A stretch of 64,000 bases of DNA, taken from Planktotalea sp. (GTDB lineage: Bacteria; Pseudomonadota; Alphaproteobacteria; Rhodobacterales; Rhodobacteraceae). The stretch is from contig NZ_JABBAM010000065.1 of NCBI RefSeq assembly GCF_018607965.1, positions 16,922 through 80,921 of the forward strand, read 5' to 3'. The position numbers were made by a program, and so were the translations under genes. Each line of letters begins with the position of its first letter. Positions within the stretch are counted from its first letter, which is position 1. Positions 9,497 through 19,119 of the stretch are shown here, piece after piece. The notes beneath the pieces were generated by a model. The model was not told the origin of the DNA and searched no databases. It worked only from the letters and a program-made list of their open reading frames with translations.

Positions 9497-10837
9497 TTGA
9501 ACCAACATTACCGAGAAGGCCGCAAGATTGATCCAACTCAAGGCGCGACCCTTGGTGATGGCAGCCCGAACGACAATAACCGCATTGAAATCGGACCAAC
9601 CCAGCTTGCCTTTGGCGAATGGAAAGCTGCAGGATTGACGCTGCCCAACCTCGCAAACATGCGTGAATATCGCTGGAAACGTCTGACCCAACATATCATA
9701 GACCGCGGGTATGGTGGGTTGTTGATGTTCGACCCGCTCAACATTCGGTATGCGACCGACAGCACAAACATGCAGCTGTGGAACACCCACAACCCGTTCC
9801 GCGCAGTCCTGTTGTGTGCGGATGGGTACATGGTGATTTGGGACTACAAGAATTCACCCTTCCTGAGCACGTTCAATCCTTTGGTGCGTGAACAACGCTC
9901 TGGGGCAGATCTGTTTTACTTCGATCGTGGCGATAAGATCGACGTGCAAGCAGATGTTCTCTCTAATGAAATTCGCATTTTGCTTGCCGAGCATGGTAGC
10001 GGTGACACACGCCTTGCCGTTGATAAGATCATGCTGCACGGTCTACGCGCCCTAGAGGCCCAAGGTTTGACAATCATGGACGGCGAAGAAGTGACCGAGA
10101 AATCCCGTTCAATCAAAGGACCTGACGAAATTCTTGCGATGCGCTGTGCTTCGCATGCGTGCGAAACCGCCTGCGCAGAGATGGAAGTCTTCGCGCGCAG
10201 CGCTGTACCAAATGGAAATGTATCAGAAGACGAAATCTGGGCTGTCCTTCATAGCGAAAACATCAAGCGTGGTGGGGAATGGATCGAAACCCGCCTTCTC
10301 GCCTCTGGTCAACGTACAAACCCGTGGTTCCAAGAATGCGGCCCACGGATTGTTCAAAACAACGAGATCGTCGCCTTTGATACGGATTTGATCGGATCTT
10401 ATGGCATTTGCGTTGATATCTCACGCACTTGGTGGATTGGTGATCAAAAACCCAAACCTGAGATGATTGAAACGATGCAGCACTCACATGACTTTATCAT
10501 GCACAACATGTCATTGTTGAAGCCGGGGATCATGATTACAGACCTGATTGATCAATGTATGCAACACCCTAAAAAGTATCGAGATCAGCAATATGGCTGC
10601 ATGATGCATGGCGTAGGATTGTGTGATGAATGGCCTTTGATTGCGCATAAATCACACTATGTGCCCGGGTCCTTCGAGTATCCCTTGGAACCAGGAATGG
10701 TCCTTTGTGTTGAAGCCGCGTGCGGTGAAGTCGGGGGCGAATATTCGATCAAATTAGAGGATCAGGTTTTGATTACAGAGGATGGTTATGAAAATTTGAC
10801 AAAATATCCCTTCGATGACGCGTTGATGGGACGATAG
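9497..10837 (+). CDS. dddP: DMSP lyase DddP (M24 fold)
   Basis: NIRYATDSTNMQLWNTHNPFR, GGEWIETRLL, FDTDLIG, HGVGLCDEWP and KLEDQV motifs typical of DddP. Confidence 0.92.
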   Translation: MNQHYREGRKIDPTQGATLGDGSPNDNNRIEIGPTQLAFGEWKAAGLTLPNLANMREYRWKRLTQHIIDRGYGGLLMFDPLNIRYATDSTNMQLWNTHNPFRAVLLCADGYMVIWDYKNSPFLSTFNPLVREQRSGADLFYFDRGDKIDVQADVLSNEIRILLAEHGSGDTRLAVDKIMLHGLRALEAQGLTIMDGEEVTEKSRSIKGPDEILAMRCASHACETACAEMEVFARSAVPNGNVSEDEIWAVLHSENIKRGGEWIETRLLASGQRTNPWFQECGPRIVQNNEIVAFDTDLIGSYGICVDISRTWWIGDQKPKPEMIETMQHSHDFIMHNMSLLKPGIMITDLIDQCMQHPKKYRDQQYGCMMHGVGLCDEWPLIAHKSHYVPGSFEYPLEPGMVLCVEAACGEVGGEYSIKLEDQVLITEDGYENLTKYPFDDALMGR

Positions 10838-10922
10838 ATCACCTCCGCGCGACTCCGCTGTAACATATCTTCACACTCCGGCAGAAAAGGCCCACCCTAG
10901 GGACAACGCTAGGAGACTGCCC

Positions 10923-12128
10923 ATGCCTACAGAACGTTTGGCTTTTCCCGGCCACTCCGGCCATGATTTAGCTGCGCGTCTTGATCTGCCTGATGGGCCA
11001 CATTTGGCAACTGCTCTTTTTGCCCATTGCTTTACGTGTTCCAAGGACATTCCAGCGGCACGCCGCATTGCGCAGCGCCTTGCCGACCAAGGCATTGCGG
11101 TGCTGCGGTTTGACTTCACAGGTCTTGGCCATTCGCTGGGTGAATTCGCCAATACCACATTTACCTCTAACGTTGACGACTTAAAGGCCGCGGCTGACAT
11201 GCTGGCATCACGCGGCATGGCACCGTCCCTGCTTATTGGTCACTCACTCGGCGGCGCTGCGGTTTTGAAACTTACCCCCGAATTGGAAGGTGTCAAAGCC
11301 GTTGTGACGCTTGGTGCGCCGTTTGATCCAGATCATTTGACCCATAACTTTGGCGGAGCACTGGATGAAATCCAAAAGACGGGCAAAGCTGCGGTAAACC
11401 TTGGCGGACGTCCTGTCACAATCGGCAAAGCGTTTGTCGAAGATATCAGTGGTGCTTCTTTAAAACCCGCGTTGGCCGCGTCCAAAGCCGCGATTTTGGT
11501 GATGCACGCCCCGCTTGATTCCATCGTTGGCATCGAAAACGCTACCAATATTTTCGTGGCGGTCAATCACCCAAAAAGCTTTGTGACTTTGGATGATGCA
11601 GACCATTTGATCACCGATGCGGATGATGCGTCCTACGCGGCGGACGTGATTGTATCATGGAGTGCACGCTATCTAAAGCTGCCCAAAGCGGCCCCACCGA
11701 TCGGGACCCCCGAGGGGATTGTGCGCGTGCGCGAAGCAGATGCACGTGGCTTCCTGCAGGACGTTTATAGCGGGTCTAATCACCATACTGTGGCGGACGA
11801 ACCCCTCGCCTATGGCGGCACCAATCGCGGCATGACGCCTTATGGATACATGACAACCGCGCTTGGGGCTTGTACGTCCATGACAATTCGCATGTACGCA
11901 CGCTACAAAGGCTGGCCTTTGGACGGCATTTCAGTTGATGTAAACCATGACAAAATGCACGCCCAAGACAGTGGTACATTGGACAAAGTCGATGGTTTCA
12001 AACGTGTCATTACGTTGAAGGGCAAGCTTGATGAAAGTCAGCGAAAACGTGTGTTAGAGATTGCGGATAAATGTCCTGTGCACAAAACGATTGAGCACAG
12101 TTCCACAATTGAAACGGTGCTTGTTTAG
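10923..12128 (+). CDS. Bifunctional alpha/beta hydrolase - OsmC family protein
   Basis: AHCFTCSKD and GHSLGG in the N-terminal domain; ALGACTSMT and CPVHKT OsmC cysteines. Confidence 0.88.
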   Translation: MPTERLAFPGHSGHDLAARLDLPDGPHLATALFAHCFTCSKDIPAARRIAQRLADQGIAVLRFDFTGLGHSLGEFANTTFTSNVDDLKAAADMLASRGMAPSLLIGHSLGGAAVLKLTPELEGVKAVVTLGAPFDPDHLTHNFGGALDEIQKTGKAAVNLGGRPVTIGKAFVEDISGASLKPALAASKAAILVMHAPLDSIVGIENATNIFVAVNHPKSFVTLDDADHLITDADDASYAADVIVSWSARYLKLPKAAPPIGTPEGIVRVREADARGFLQDVYSGSNHHTVADEPLAYGGTNRGMTPYGYMTTALGACTSMTIRMYARYKGWPLDGISVDVNHDKMHAQDSGTLDKVDGFKRVITLKGKLDESQRKRVLEIADKCPVHKTIEHSSTIETVLV

Positions 12129-12155
12129 GACCGCAGTGACACCAATTCACCCACG

Positions 12156-12189
12156 AAAAAGGGGTGCAGCACCTGCTACGCCCCTTTTT
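12156..12189. terminator. Bidirectional terminator
   Basis: AAAAAGGGGTG...ACGCCCCTTTTT between convergent genes. Confidence 0.65.
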
Positions 12190-12209
12190 AAATTCAGGTA
12201 GGTGTTTGC

Positions 12210-12809
12210 TTAACCGCGTGCGCGGCCAACAAGTTTCCATGCCATTGGCAAAATCGCCGCCGCAAGAACCAGCTTCAAAATGTCGCCAATCAAGAACGGT
12301 ATAAGGCCCCACTGCAAAATCGGCTTGTCCCAGCCGTACAGCATACCAAGCCAGATCAAACCTGGAATATAAATCAACGCGTTACCAAGGAGCATTGCGC
12401 CAGCCATCTTGGGAACCGAACGGTCCCATCCAGCGCGCGCCAATGTTCCAAGCATAAGAATGGCAAGAACGTAACCAACCAGATAGCCACCTGTGCCGCC
12501 CATCATATAGGTCATGCCAAATTTTTCAGCGGAAGATCCAGCAAACACGTCAAAACCAAGTGCGCCGATGATCATGTATCCCAGGATCGTCATCAGACCC
12601 AAGCGTGCGCCATATGCAGCGCCCATTGTCAGAACGGCAAACGTGCCCATTGTGATGGGAACAGGCCACATTGGCACCTTGATTTTGGCAGCAATCGCAA
12701 GAAAAGCGATGCCAGCAACGACCAAGGCCGCCTTCTTTGCCAGCAAAAGTGTACCCTCTTGCGGCGCGATCACTTCGCTTAGGACTTTGTTATCTAAGGA
12801 CAGGTTCAT
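12210..12809 (-). CDS. bioY: Biotin transporter BioY
   Basis: PVPITMGTF, GTGGYLVGY and PFLIGD motifs; start MNLSL at 12809 behind GGAG. Confidence 0.88.
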   Translation of the reverse strand: MNLSLDNKVLSEVIAPQEGTLLLAKKAALVVAGIAFLAIAAKIKVPMWPVPITMGTFAVLTMGAAYGARLGLMTILGYMIIGALGFDVFAGSSAEKFGMTYMMGGTGGYLVGYVLAILMLGTLARAGWDRSVPKMAGAMLLGNALIYIPGLIWLGMLYGWDKPILQWGLIPFLIGDILKLVLAAAILPMAWKLVGRARG

Positions 12810-12914
12810 CTGGTTTCTCCAGCCGTATTGCGTTGCCCTGTATCTTTCCTGCCAATTTGCGAAGTGCAAGTGCAAAGTTGCAAATATTGCGTGCAAATCG
12901 GCGAAAACAGGCCT

Positions 12915-13328
12915 TTACGCCCTGCTAAACATGCTGTGCATAACGTAATTTTTACGCGGTCCCGTCACACGCCACGTGCTTTTCCATTGTGGGAAGTCTG
13001 TGAAATCGTAGATCACATCATACTGATCAGGATCACACCAATGCGCGGCTTGAGTTTGTCCTGATAGGGTCAAACGGTGAAAAAACCGTTCATCCGAGAA
13101 GAATATATCAAACCCATTTTCGTCGGGTCGCCACAAATACTGGCGCTCCGCCATCATCGGTTTGCTCCCTGCCATCGTAAGCGTTCCAACTTCCGCATAA
13201 ATCCAATGAGGAATATTGCGCGAAATCGACGCTGTTCCGGCAAAAACAGCCCCACTCTGGCTGAGCACGTCGTCAATCGTGCGCTCTATCTGCCAATGGC
13301 CCAGAAAATTAGACGTCGACACCGTCAT
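12915..13328 (-). CDS. Conserved hypothetical protein (DUF6314-like beta-barrel)
   Basis: GHWQIERTIDD, HWCDPDQY and WRVTGPRK pattern seen in Rhodobacteraceae small proteins. Confidence 0.65.
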   Translation of the reverse strand: MTVSTSNFLGHWQIERTIDDVLSQSGAVFAGTASISRNIPHWIYAEVGTLTMAGSKPMMAERQYLWRPDENGFDIFFSDERFFHRLTLSGQTQAAHWCDPDQYDVIYDFTDFPQWKSTWRVTGPRKNYVMHSMFSRA

Positions 13329-13499
13329 CTACTTCCCATCCCACGCTTCCTGTGCGCCGCGCCGCCCCGATTGTGAACGAAAATCGCAAGCGTTTCTAAG
13401 ATAGGTACACCACTCATATTCGCTCCTTGCTTGAACCACATACGCGCGCAGATTAAGAGAGCGCAACACAAGCTTAAAGTCACAAAAGGACAGGCGCAC

Positions 13500-14801
13500 A
13501 TGATCCCTCGTTATTCTCGCCCCGAAATGGTTGCCATCTGGTCACCCGAAACAAAGTTCCGCATTTGGTACGAGATTGAGGCACATGCCTGTGACGCGAT
13601 GGCTGATCTGGGCGTGATCCCGCGTGAGAATGCCGAAGCCGTCTGGAAAGCCAAAGACGTCGAGTTCGATGTTGCACGCATTGATGAAATTGAAGCCGTC
13701 ACCAAACATGACGTGATCGCCTTCCTAACGCATCTCGCAGAGCACGTCGGCAGCGAAGAAGCCCGCTTTGTGCATCAGGGCATGACCAGTTCCGACGTTT
13801 TGGACACATGTTTCAATGTCCAACTTGTGCGCGCTGCCGATATTTTGATCGAGGACACCAAAGGTTTGCTTGCCGCGCTCAAGCGTCGCGCGATTGAACA
13901 CAAAGACACGATCCGCATTGGTCGCAGCCATGGTATCCACGCAGAACCCACAACAATGGGCCTAACGTTCGCACGTTTTTACGCTGAAATGGATCGTAAC
14001 CTCGCGCGCCTGAAAACAGCACGCGCCGAAATTTCAACAGGTGCGATTTCTGGTGCGGTCGGCACGTTTGCCAATATCGACCCCGCGGTAGAAGAGCACG
14101 TTTGCAAACAACTGGATCTGTCCCCTGAACCTATTTCAACACAGGTTATTCCACGCGATCGCCACGCTGCGTTCTTTGCAGCCCTTGGTGTCGTCGCCTC
14201 CTCCATTGAAAACGTCTCTACAGAAATTCGCCATATGCAGCGGACTGAAGTTCTGGAAGCGGCTGAATTTTTCTCAATGGGTCAAAAGGGATCGTCCGCG
14301 ATGCCGCACAAGAAGAACCCCGTTTTGACGGAAAACCTTACAGGTTTGGCGCGTTTGGTTCGGATGGTTGTCGTACCGGCGATGGAAAACGTAGCACTGT
14401 GGCACGAACGAGATATTTCGCACAGCTCGGTTGAGCGTAACATCGGCCCTGATGCGACGATCACACTGGATTTCGCGCTCGCGCGTTTGACGTCTGTCAT
14501 TGATAAGTTGCTGATCTACCCAGACAATATGATGGCGAACATGAACAAGTTCCCTGGCCTTGTGATGAGCCAACGGGTTCTGCTGGCGCTGACACAAGCG
14601 GGTGTGAACCGTGAAGATGCCTATAAAATGGTGCAACGCAATGCTCTGAAAGTCTGGGAAACGGAATGTGATTTCAAGTCTGAGTTGCTGGCCGACGAGG
14701 ATGTTGTCAAAGCGCTCGGCACCGAGGGTATCGAAGAGAAATTCGATCTTGGCTATCACACCAAACACGTCGACACGATATTTAAGCGCGTTTTTGGATA
14801 G
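13500..14801 (+). CDS. purB: Adenylosuccinate lyase
   Basis: MIPRYSRPEM start; SSAMPHKKNP signature. Confidence 0.97.
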   Translation: MIPRYSRPEMVAIWSPETKFRIWYEIEAHACDAMADLGVIPRENAEAVWKAKDVEFDVARIDEIEAVTKHDVIAFLTHLAEHVGSEEARFVHQGMTSSDVLDTCFNVQLVRAADILIEDTKGLLAALKRRAIEHKDTIRIGRSHGIHAEPTTMGLTFARFYAEMDRNLARLKTARAEISTGAISGAVGTFANIDPAVEEHVCKQLDLSPEPISTQVIPRDRHAAFFAALGVVASSIENVSTEIRHMQRTEVLEAAEFFSMGQKGSSAMPHKKNPVLTENLTGLARLVRMVVVPAMENVALWHERDISHSSVERNIGPDATITLDFALARLTSVIDKLLIYPDNMMANMNKFPGLVMSQRVLLALTQAGVNREDAYKMVQRNALKVWETECDFKSELLADEDVVKALGTEGIEEKFDLGYHTKHVDTIFKRVFG

Positions 14802-14915
14802 ATCCCAAAGATCGAGAAAAAGAGTGTTGGCTGAATAACTTTAAAAGCTGTTCAGCCAATGTTCATGGTTTTGGCTCATAAGTTGGGGGAACGAGCAGCA
14901 AGATAGTTAACCCCC

Positions 14916-15965
14916 ATGCAATTAGGCCAGATTAGCCCCGTAAAAGCCGCGTCAGCACCTGTGGCACGCAAAATAAATTCAGCTGAAAAAGCGGCGATTG
15001 TCGTACGTTTCTTGATGGCCGAGGGCGCGAATGTCCCAATTGATAGCTTGCCCGAAAATCTACAAGCAGAACTCACCCAGCAAATGGGAAGCCTGCGGCT
15101 CATAGATCGAACAACACTTATTCAAGTCGTCGAGGAATTTGCGAATGAACTTGAACAAACCGGCCTGACATTTCCAGCGGGAATTGCCGGTGCCTTAAGT
15201 GAAATGGATGGTGAAATTAGTGCAAATGCTGCGGTTCAAATTCGCAAACGGACAGGTGTGCGCGCAAGCGGCGATCCATGGGAACGTTTACGTACGCTAG
15301 AACCTGAAAAGCTATTGCCACTTATTGAGGAAGAAAGCATCGAAGTTGCAGCCGTCTTACTGTTTAAAATTGATGTTAAGAAAGCCGCACAAATGTTAGG
15401 ACAAATGCCCGGCGAACGTGCGCGGCGCATCACATATGCGATCTCCCTCACAAACTCGGTCACGCCTGATGCTGTTGAACGAATCGGGCTTGCCCTGACG
15501 ACCCAGCTTGGAGACGAACCCGTGCGTGCCTTTACGAACCCACCAGTGGACCGACTGGGCGCTATCTTTAATTCCTCACGAAGTGCCACGCGCGATGATC
15601 TTTTAGAGGGGCTCGATTCCCAAGATCAGGAATTCGCGACCAAAGTTCGAAAGGCAATCTTCACTTTTAAACATATTGCGACGCGCATCGACGCGCGTGA
15701 TATCGCGGCTGTGCTACGCGGTGTAGACAACGCCACTTTGATTACTGCTTTGGCAGGTGCGACTGTCAGCCCGCTAAAAGAGTCTGCTGATTTCATTCTC
15801 TCGAATATGTCCAGTCGAATAGCCGATCAAATACGCGAGGCCGTTCAAGAACGTGGAACCGTGAGCGATGAAGGTGGCGAGAACGCGATGTCGGATGTCG
15901 TCGCGAATGCACGAGAACTAGCACAAAACGGGGAAATTTTGTTGATTGAAAGTGTTGATGCCTAA
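14916..15965 (+). CDS. FliG-like flagellar motor switch domain protein (orphan)
   Basis: KAAIVV N-terminus, ESIEVAAVLL, and VRKAIFTFKHI / ILSNMSSR C-terminal FliG motifs. Confidence 0.75.
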   Translation: MQLGQISPVKAASAPVARKINSAEKAAIVVRFLMAEGANVPIDSLPENLQAELTQQMGSLRLIDRTTLIQVVEEFANELEQTGLTFPAGIAGALSEMDGEISANAAVQIRKRTGVRASGDPWERLRTLEPEKLLPLIEEESIEVAAVLLFKIDVKKAAQMLGQMPGERARRITYAISLTNSVTPDAVERIGLALTTQLGDEPVRAFTNPPVDRLGAIFNSSRSATRDDLLEGLDSQDQEFATKVRKAIFTFKHIATRIDARDIAAVLRGVDNATLITALAGATVSPLKESADFILSNMSSRIADQIREAVQERGTVSDEGGENAMSDVVANARELAQNGEILLIESVDA

Positions 15966-16016
15966 CCAAGCTTGGCCTGCCTAGACAGCCGTGGTGGACT
16001 TCGCTAACCTTTTCAC

Positions 16017-16358
16017 ATGAACATTAAAAAAAATGGCCATCGTTGGCATGATATGGGCGGGCAAGATGCTGGTGCGGTACCGCAAAACCAGCATGATTTT
16101 TCGCTTTGGGAAAAACGTGTCGACGCGCTGATGATAGTGGCCAGCTCAAAGGGCTATTTCACAGTCGATGGATTGCGTCGATCCCTTGAAGATATGGGGG
16201 AATATGCCTTTGAAAACATGAGTTATTATGAGCGTTGGATTGCCTCAATCAATCAAAACCTGATCGAAAGTGGCACCTACACGTTAGAAGAGTTGGGTGC
16301 AAAAATGGCACAGGTCCAAAAGCGCGGCGAAACCTATGGAGAAGCAAATCTTGGGTAG
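16017..16358 (+). CDS. Nitrile hydratase beta N-terminal half / ScnB-like subunit
   Basis: HDMGG, WEKRVDAL, DGLRRSLE and SYYERW motifs. Confidence 0.85.
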   Translation: MNIKKNGHRWHDMGGQDAGAVPQNQHDFSLWEKRVDALMIVASSKGYFTVDGLRRSLEDMGEYAFENMSYYERWIASINQNLIESGTYTLEELGAKMAQVQKRGETYGEANLG

Positions 16359-16653
16359 CGGTCTTTTCGCAGCAGGTGCACCCGTTCGCATTCGCAAATT
16401 AATGCCACCAGGCCACGTGCGCGCGCCCGCCTACATCCGCGGCAAACACGGCACCGTTGAGCGTGTGATTGCGCCCTTTAAAAACCCCGAACAGCTTGCT
16501 TATGGATTGCCTGCCGCAGAACAAATGCTCTATCGCGTACGCTTTTCTGCCACGGAACTTTGGGGCGATCAGGCCGAAAACCCACGCGACTTTATCGAAG
16601 CTGAAGTCTACGCCCATTGGATCGAACCGCAGGACCCAACCCATGCCACATGA
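16351..16653 (+). CDS. Nitrile hydratase beta C-terminal SH3-like half / ScnA-like subunit
   Basis: GHVRAPAYIRGKHG, YRVRF and ELWG motifs; TTG start behind GGAG overlapping the upstream stop. Confidence 0.85.
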   Translation: MGSGLFAAGAPVRIRKLMPPGHVRAPAYIRGKHGTVERVIAPFKNPEQLAYGLPAAEQMLYRVRFSATELWGDQAENPRDFIEAEVYAHWIEPQDPTHAT

Positions 16654-17284
16654 TCATCACGACCACCTTTCGCCTTCGGGCCATCCTTACCGCGCCGATG
16701 ACGATACGCCTTTAAGCTATTGGCAAACGATGGAAATTGCGGTGCGTGAGTTGCTTGTTGAAAAGAATGTAACAACGCCTGAAGAAATTAATGCGCAAAT
16801 TGATAAAATGGATGCGCGTAGTCCCGCGATTGGCGCCGCGGTAGTTGCACGAGCATGGGTTGATCCGGACTTCAAGCAACGTCTTTTAAAAGATGGATCT
16901 GCGGCCAGTCTCGAGATGGGTTTTGATGTCGGCCCCATGCATTTGATTGCCGTTGAAAACACACAAGATACCCACAATATCATCGTGTGTACCCTGTGTT
17001 CATGTTACCCTCGCAACTTGCTGGGCCTACCGCCGGATTGGTATAAATCGCGCGCATATCGCTCTCGAACGGTGAAAGAACCCCGCAAAGTTCTGAGTGA
17101 GTTCGGTGTCACGCTAGGCGAAAACGTCACGGTGCGGGTCCACGACAGCACCGCTGACATGCGCTACGTCGTACTCCCTGCACGCCCGAAAGATACTGAC
17201 GGGCTAAGCGAAGCAGAACTCGCAAGTTTGGTAACACGCGACTCGATGATCGGAACAGGCGTCGCGCGTAATCCTTCGACTTGA
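16643..17284 (+). CDS. Cobalt-type nitrile hydratase alpha / thiocyanate hydrolase gamma (ScnC-like) subunit
   Basis: VCTLCSCYPR metal-binding motif; VVARAW and DSTADMRY motifs. Confidence 0.92.
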   Translation: MPHDHHDHLSPSGHPYRADDDTPLSYWQTMEIAVRELLVEKNVTTPEEINAQIDKMDARSPAIGAAVVARAWVDPDFKQRLLKDGSAASLEMGFDVGPMHLIAVENTQDTHNIIVCTLCSCYPRNLLGLPPDWYKSRAYRSRTVKEPRKVLSEFGVTLGENVTVRVHDSTADMRYVVLPARPKDTDGLSEAELASLVTRDSMIGTGVARNPST

Positions 17285-17315
17285 GGCTCGCCAACATGCA
17301 CAGTAAGTCGGCTGA

Positions 17316-18176
17316 ATGAAGCAAGTCTCACAGTATATCACGAACATATTTCTACGTAGCCTTATAGGGCTGGCGTTGTTGCTCCCTTATGCGCAACGTG
17401 TGCGAATAATGGGGTGGCTTGTCGAAAACATCGTATCGCCGCTTGCAGGGTACCCAAAACGCATCCGTGCAAACCTGGCCTATGTGCGACCCGAATTGCC
17501 AGTGGCTGAAATCGCGCGTCTTTGTAAAGCAGTGCCCAACAATGCTGGGCGAACTTTGATCGAGCTCTATTCTGGAGAGCAATTCGTAAAGCATGCTGCG
17601 GCTGCACCAATATCAGGTCCTGGATATGTGGCACTAGAAAAAGCCCGCTCAGATGGACGCGCCGTCATTTTGGTTACAGGACATTTTGGAAATTACGATG
17701 TCAGCCGCGCGGCGCTGATTGCCAAAGGGTTCAATATGGGCGCGCTATATCGGAAAATGTCGAACCCGTATTTCAACGCTCACTATGTTCAATCCATCAC
17801 CACCATTGGCACACCAATGTTTGAACAAGGACGCAAAGGCATGTCGCAGATGGTGCGTCACATCAAGTCTGGTGGCATTCTAGGAATTTTAACCGACTTG
17901 CATGCGCATGGCGGCACACATTTAAATTTCTTTGGTAAGCCAGCGATCACGTCTTTGATTACTGCAGAACTTGCGTTGAAGTACAACGCAGCCCTGATCC
18001 CCATTTATGCGCGACGCCAAGACAATGGATTAGATTTCGATATCATCGTTCAGGCGGAAATCCCGCATAGCGACGCCGAAACAATGACCCAAGCCGTGAA
18101 TGACGGCTTAGAGGCGCTTATCCGCGAGAACATGCATCAATGGTTTTGGATCCATCGGCGCTGGAAGAATACGTAA
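17316..18176 (+). CDS. Lipid A biosynthesis lauroyl/myristoyl acyltransferase (LpxL family)
   Basis: TGHFGNYD (HX4D) motif; C-terminal QWFWIHRRWK. Confidence 0.88.
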   Translation: MKQVSQYITNIFLRSLIGLALLLPYAQRVRIMGWLVENIVSPLAGYPKRIRANLAYVRPELPVAEIARLCKAVPNNAGRTLIELYSGEQFVKHAAAAPISGPGYVALEKARSDGRAVILVTGHFGNYDVSRAALIAKGFNMGALYRKMSNPYFNAHYVQSITTIGTPMFEQGRKGMSQMVRHIKSGGILGILTDLHAHGGTHLNFFGKPAITSLITAELALKYNAALIPIYARRQDNGLDFDIIVQAEIPHSDAETMTQAVNDGLEALIRENMHQWFWIHRRWKNT

Positions 18177-18178
18177 AT

Positions 18179-18880
18179 TTAATTTACGACGGCTGCAGCT
18201 TCGATCGCCCCATGACCTGCGCGTTGAATGAGCACGACCATCGGGCCTGATCCGGCCTTTGCGGCTATTGATAAAGGTGTGCGGGCATCCCATTTTTTAA
18301 CCGTTTGGAAATTTGACACAACGTTCACGTAAGTGATCGTTTTTCCCGCATTTTCGCCACGTTTGATCTTGGTTGTGCGCTTGCCGGTGAAACTTACCAG
18401 TTTGATCTCATATTTTGCAGCACGGCGCGCTGTTGCCACAACCGTGATCAAGCCATTAGAGCGTGCAACTTTGATCGCGACGTCTTTCTGAGAGGCCGAG
18501 TGTTTCGCAATTAAATCAGCAACATCCATCGGATGCGTGCCAACAACTGAATCGACGCCACCGATTATCATTTGCGGTGTAAAAACAGACCGACGTCCCC
18601 CTGCCGCCGCGTAGGACCGTTGGCGCGCTGCGTTTTCAGGGCGCCCAAATTCATCTTTCCAACCGATATAATCCCAGTAATCCACGTGCATTGAAAGGGC
18701 GATCACGTCACCACGCGCTGCAAGCTTATGCATCAACGCATCCGCAGGTGGGCACGACGAACATCCTTGTGACGTAAACAACTCAATCACAACCGGCTGG
18801 TTTTGCGCATGAACTGCAGCGCCCCAGCTCGTTACCAAAGTAACCCAAAGGGCAGTGATCCAAAGTGTTGGCGTTTTCAT
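18179..18880 (-). CDS. DUF1223 thioredoxin-like secreted protein
   Basis: ELFTSQGCSSCPPAD and HVDYWDYIGWKD motifs. Confidence 0.9.
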   Translation of the reverse strand: MKTPTLWITALWVTLVTSWGAAVHAQNQPVVIELFTSQGCSSCPPADALMHKLAARGDVIALSMHVDYWDYIGWKDEFGRPENAARQRSYAAAGGRRSVFTPQMIIGGVDSVVGTHPMDVADLIAKHSASQKDVAIKVARSNGLITVVATARRAAKYEIKLVSFTGKRTTKIKRGENAGKTITYVNVVSNFQTVKKWDARTPLSIAAKAGSGPMVVLIQRAGHGAIEAAAVVN

Positions 18881-19119
18881 CAAGCTAGGTCCGGTTGTTA
18901 TTTCTGGTGTTTCATCGGTGATAGGCCCAAGCTGTTGTAATGACCAATCACCCTTTTGCGAGTTAAAGTAGTAAAGCATAAAAACCTTGTTTCAAATTGC
19001 GCGCATTAATTGTGTGCAATGGTATACAATTTGCCGCATCCCCCTTGATTGCATCGTGAACATAGGGCAAATAGCGCGCAACCACACTGAATTTTGCACC
19101 ATTCAACAGGAGGCATCCC

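Noticed and set aside
18997-19035. Imperfect palindrome and TGGTATACAA GntR-like box upstream of acnA
   Set aside because: A single degenerate instance, and no regulator can be assigned from sequence alone.
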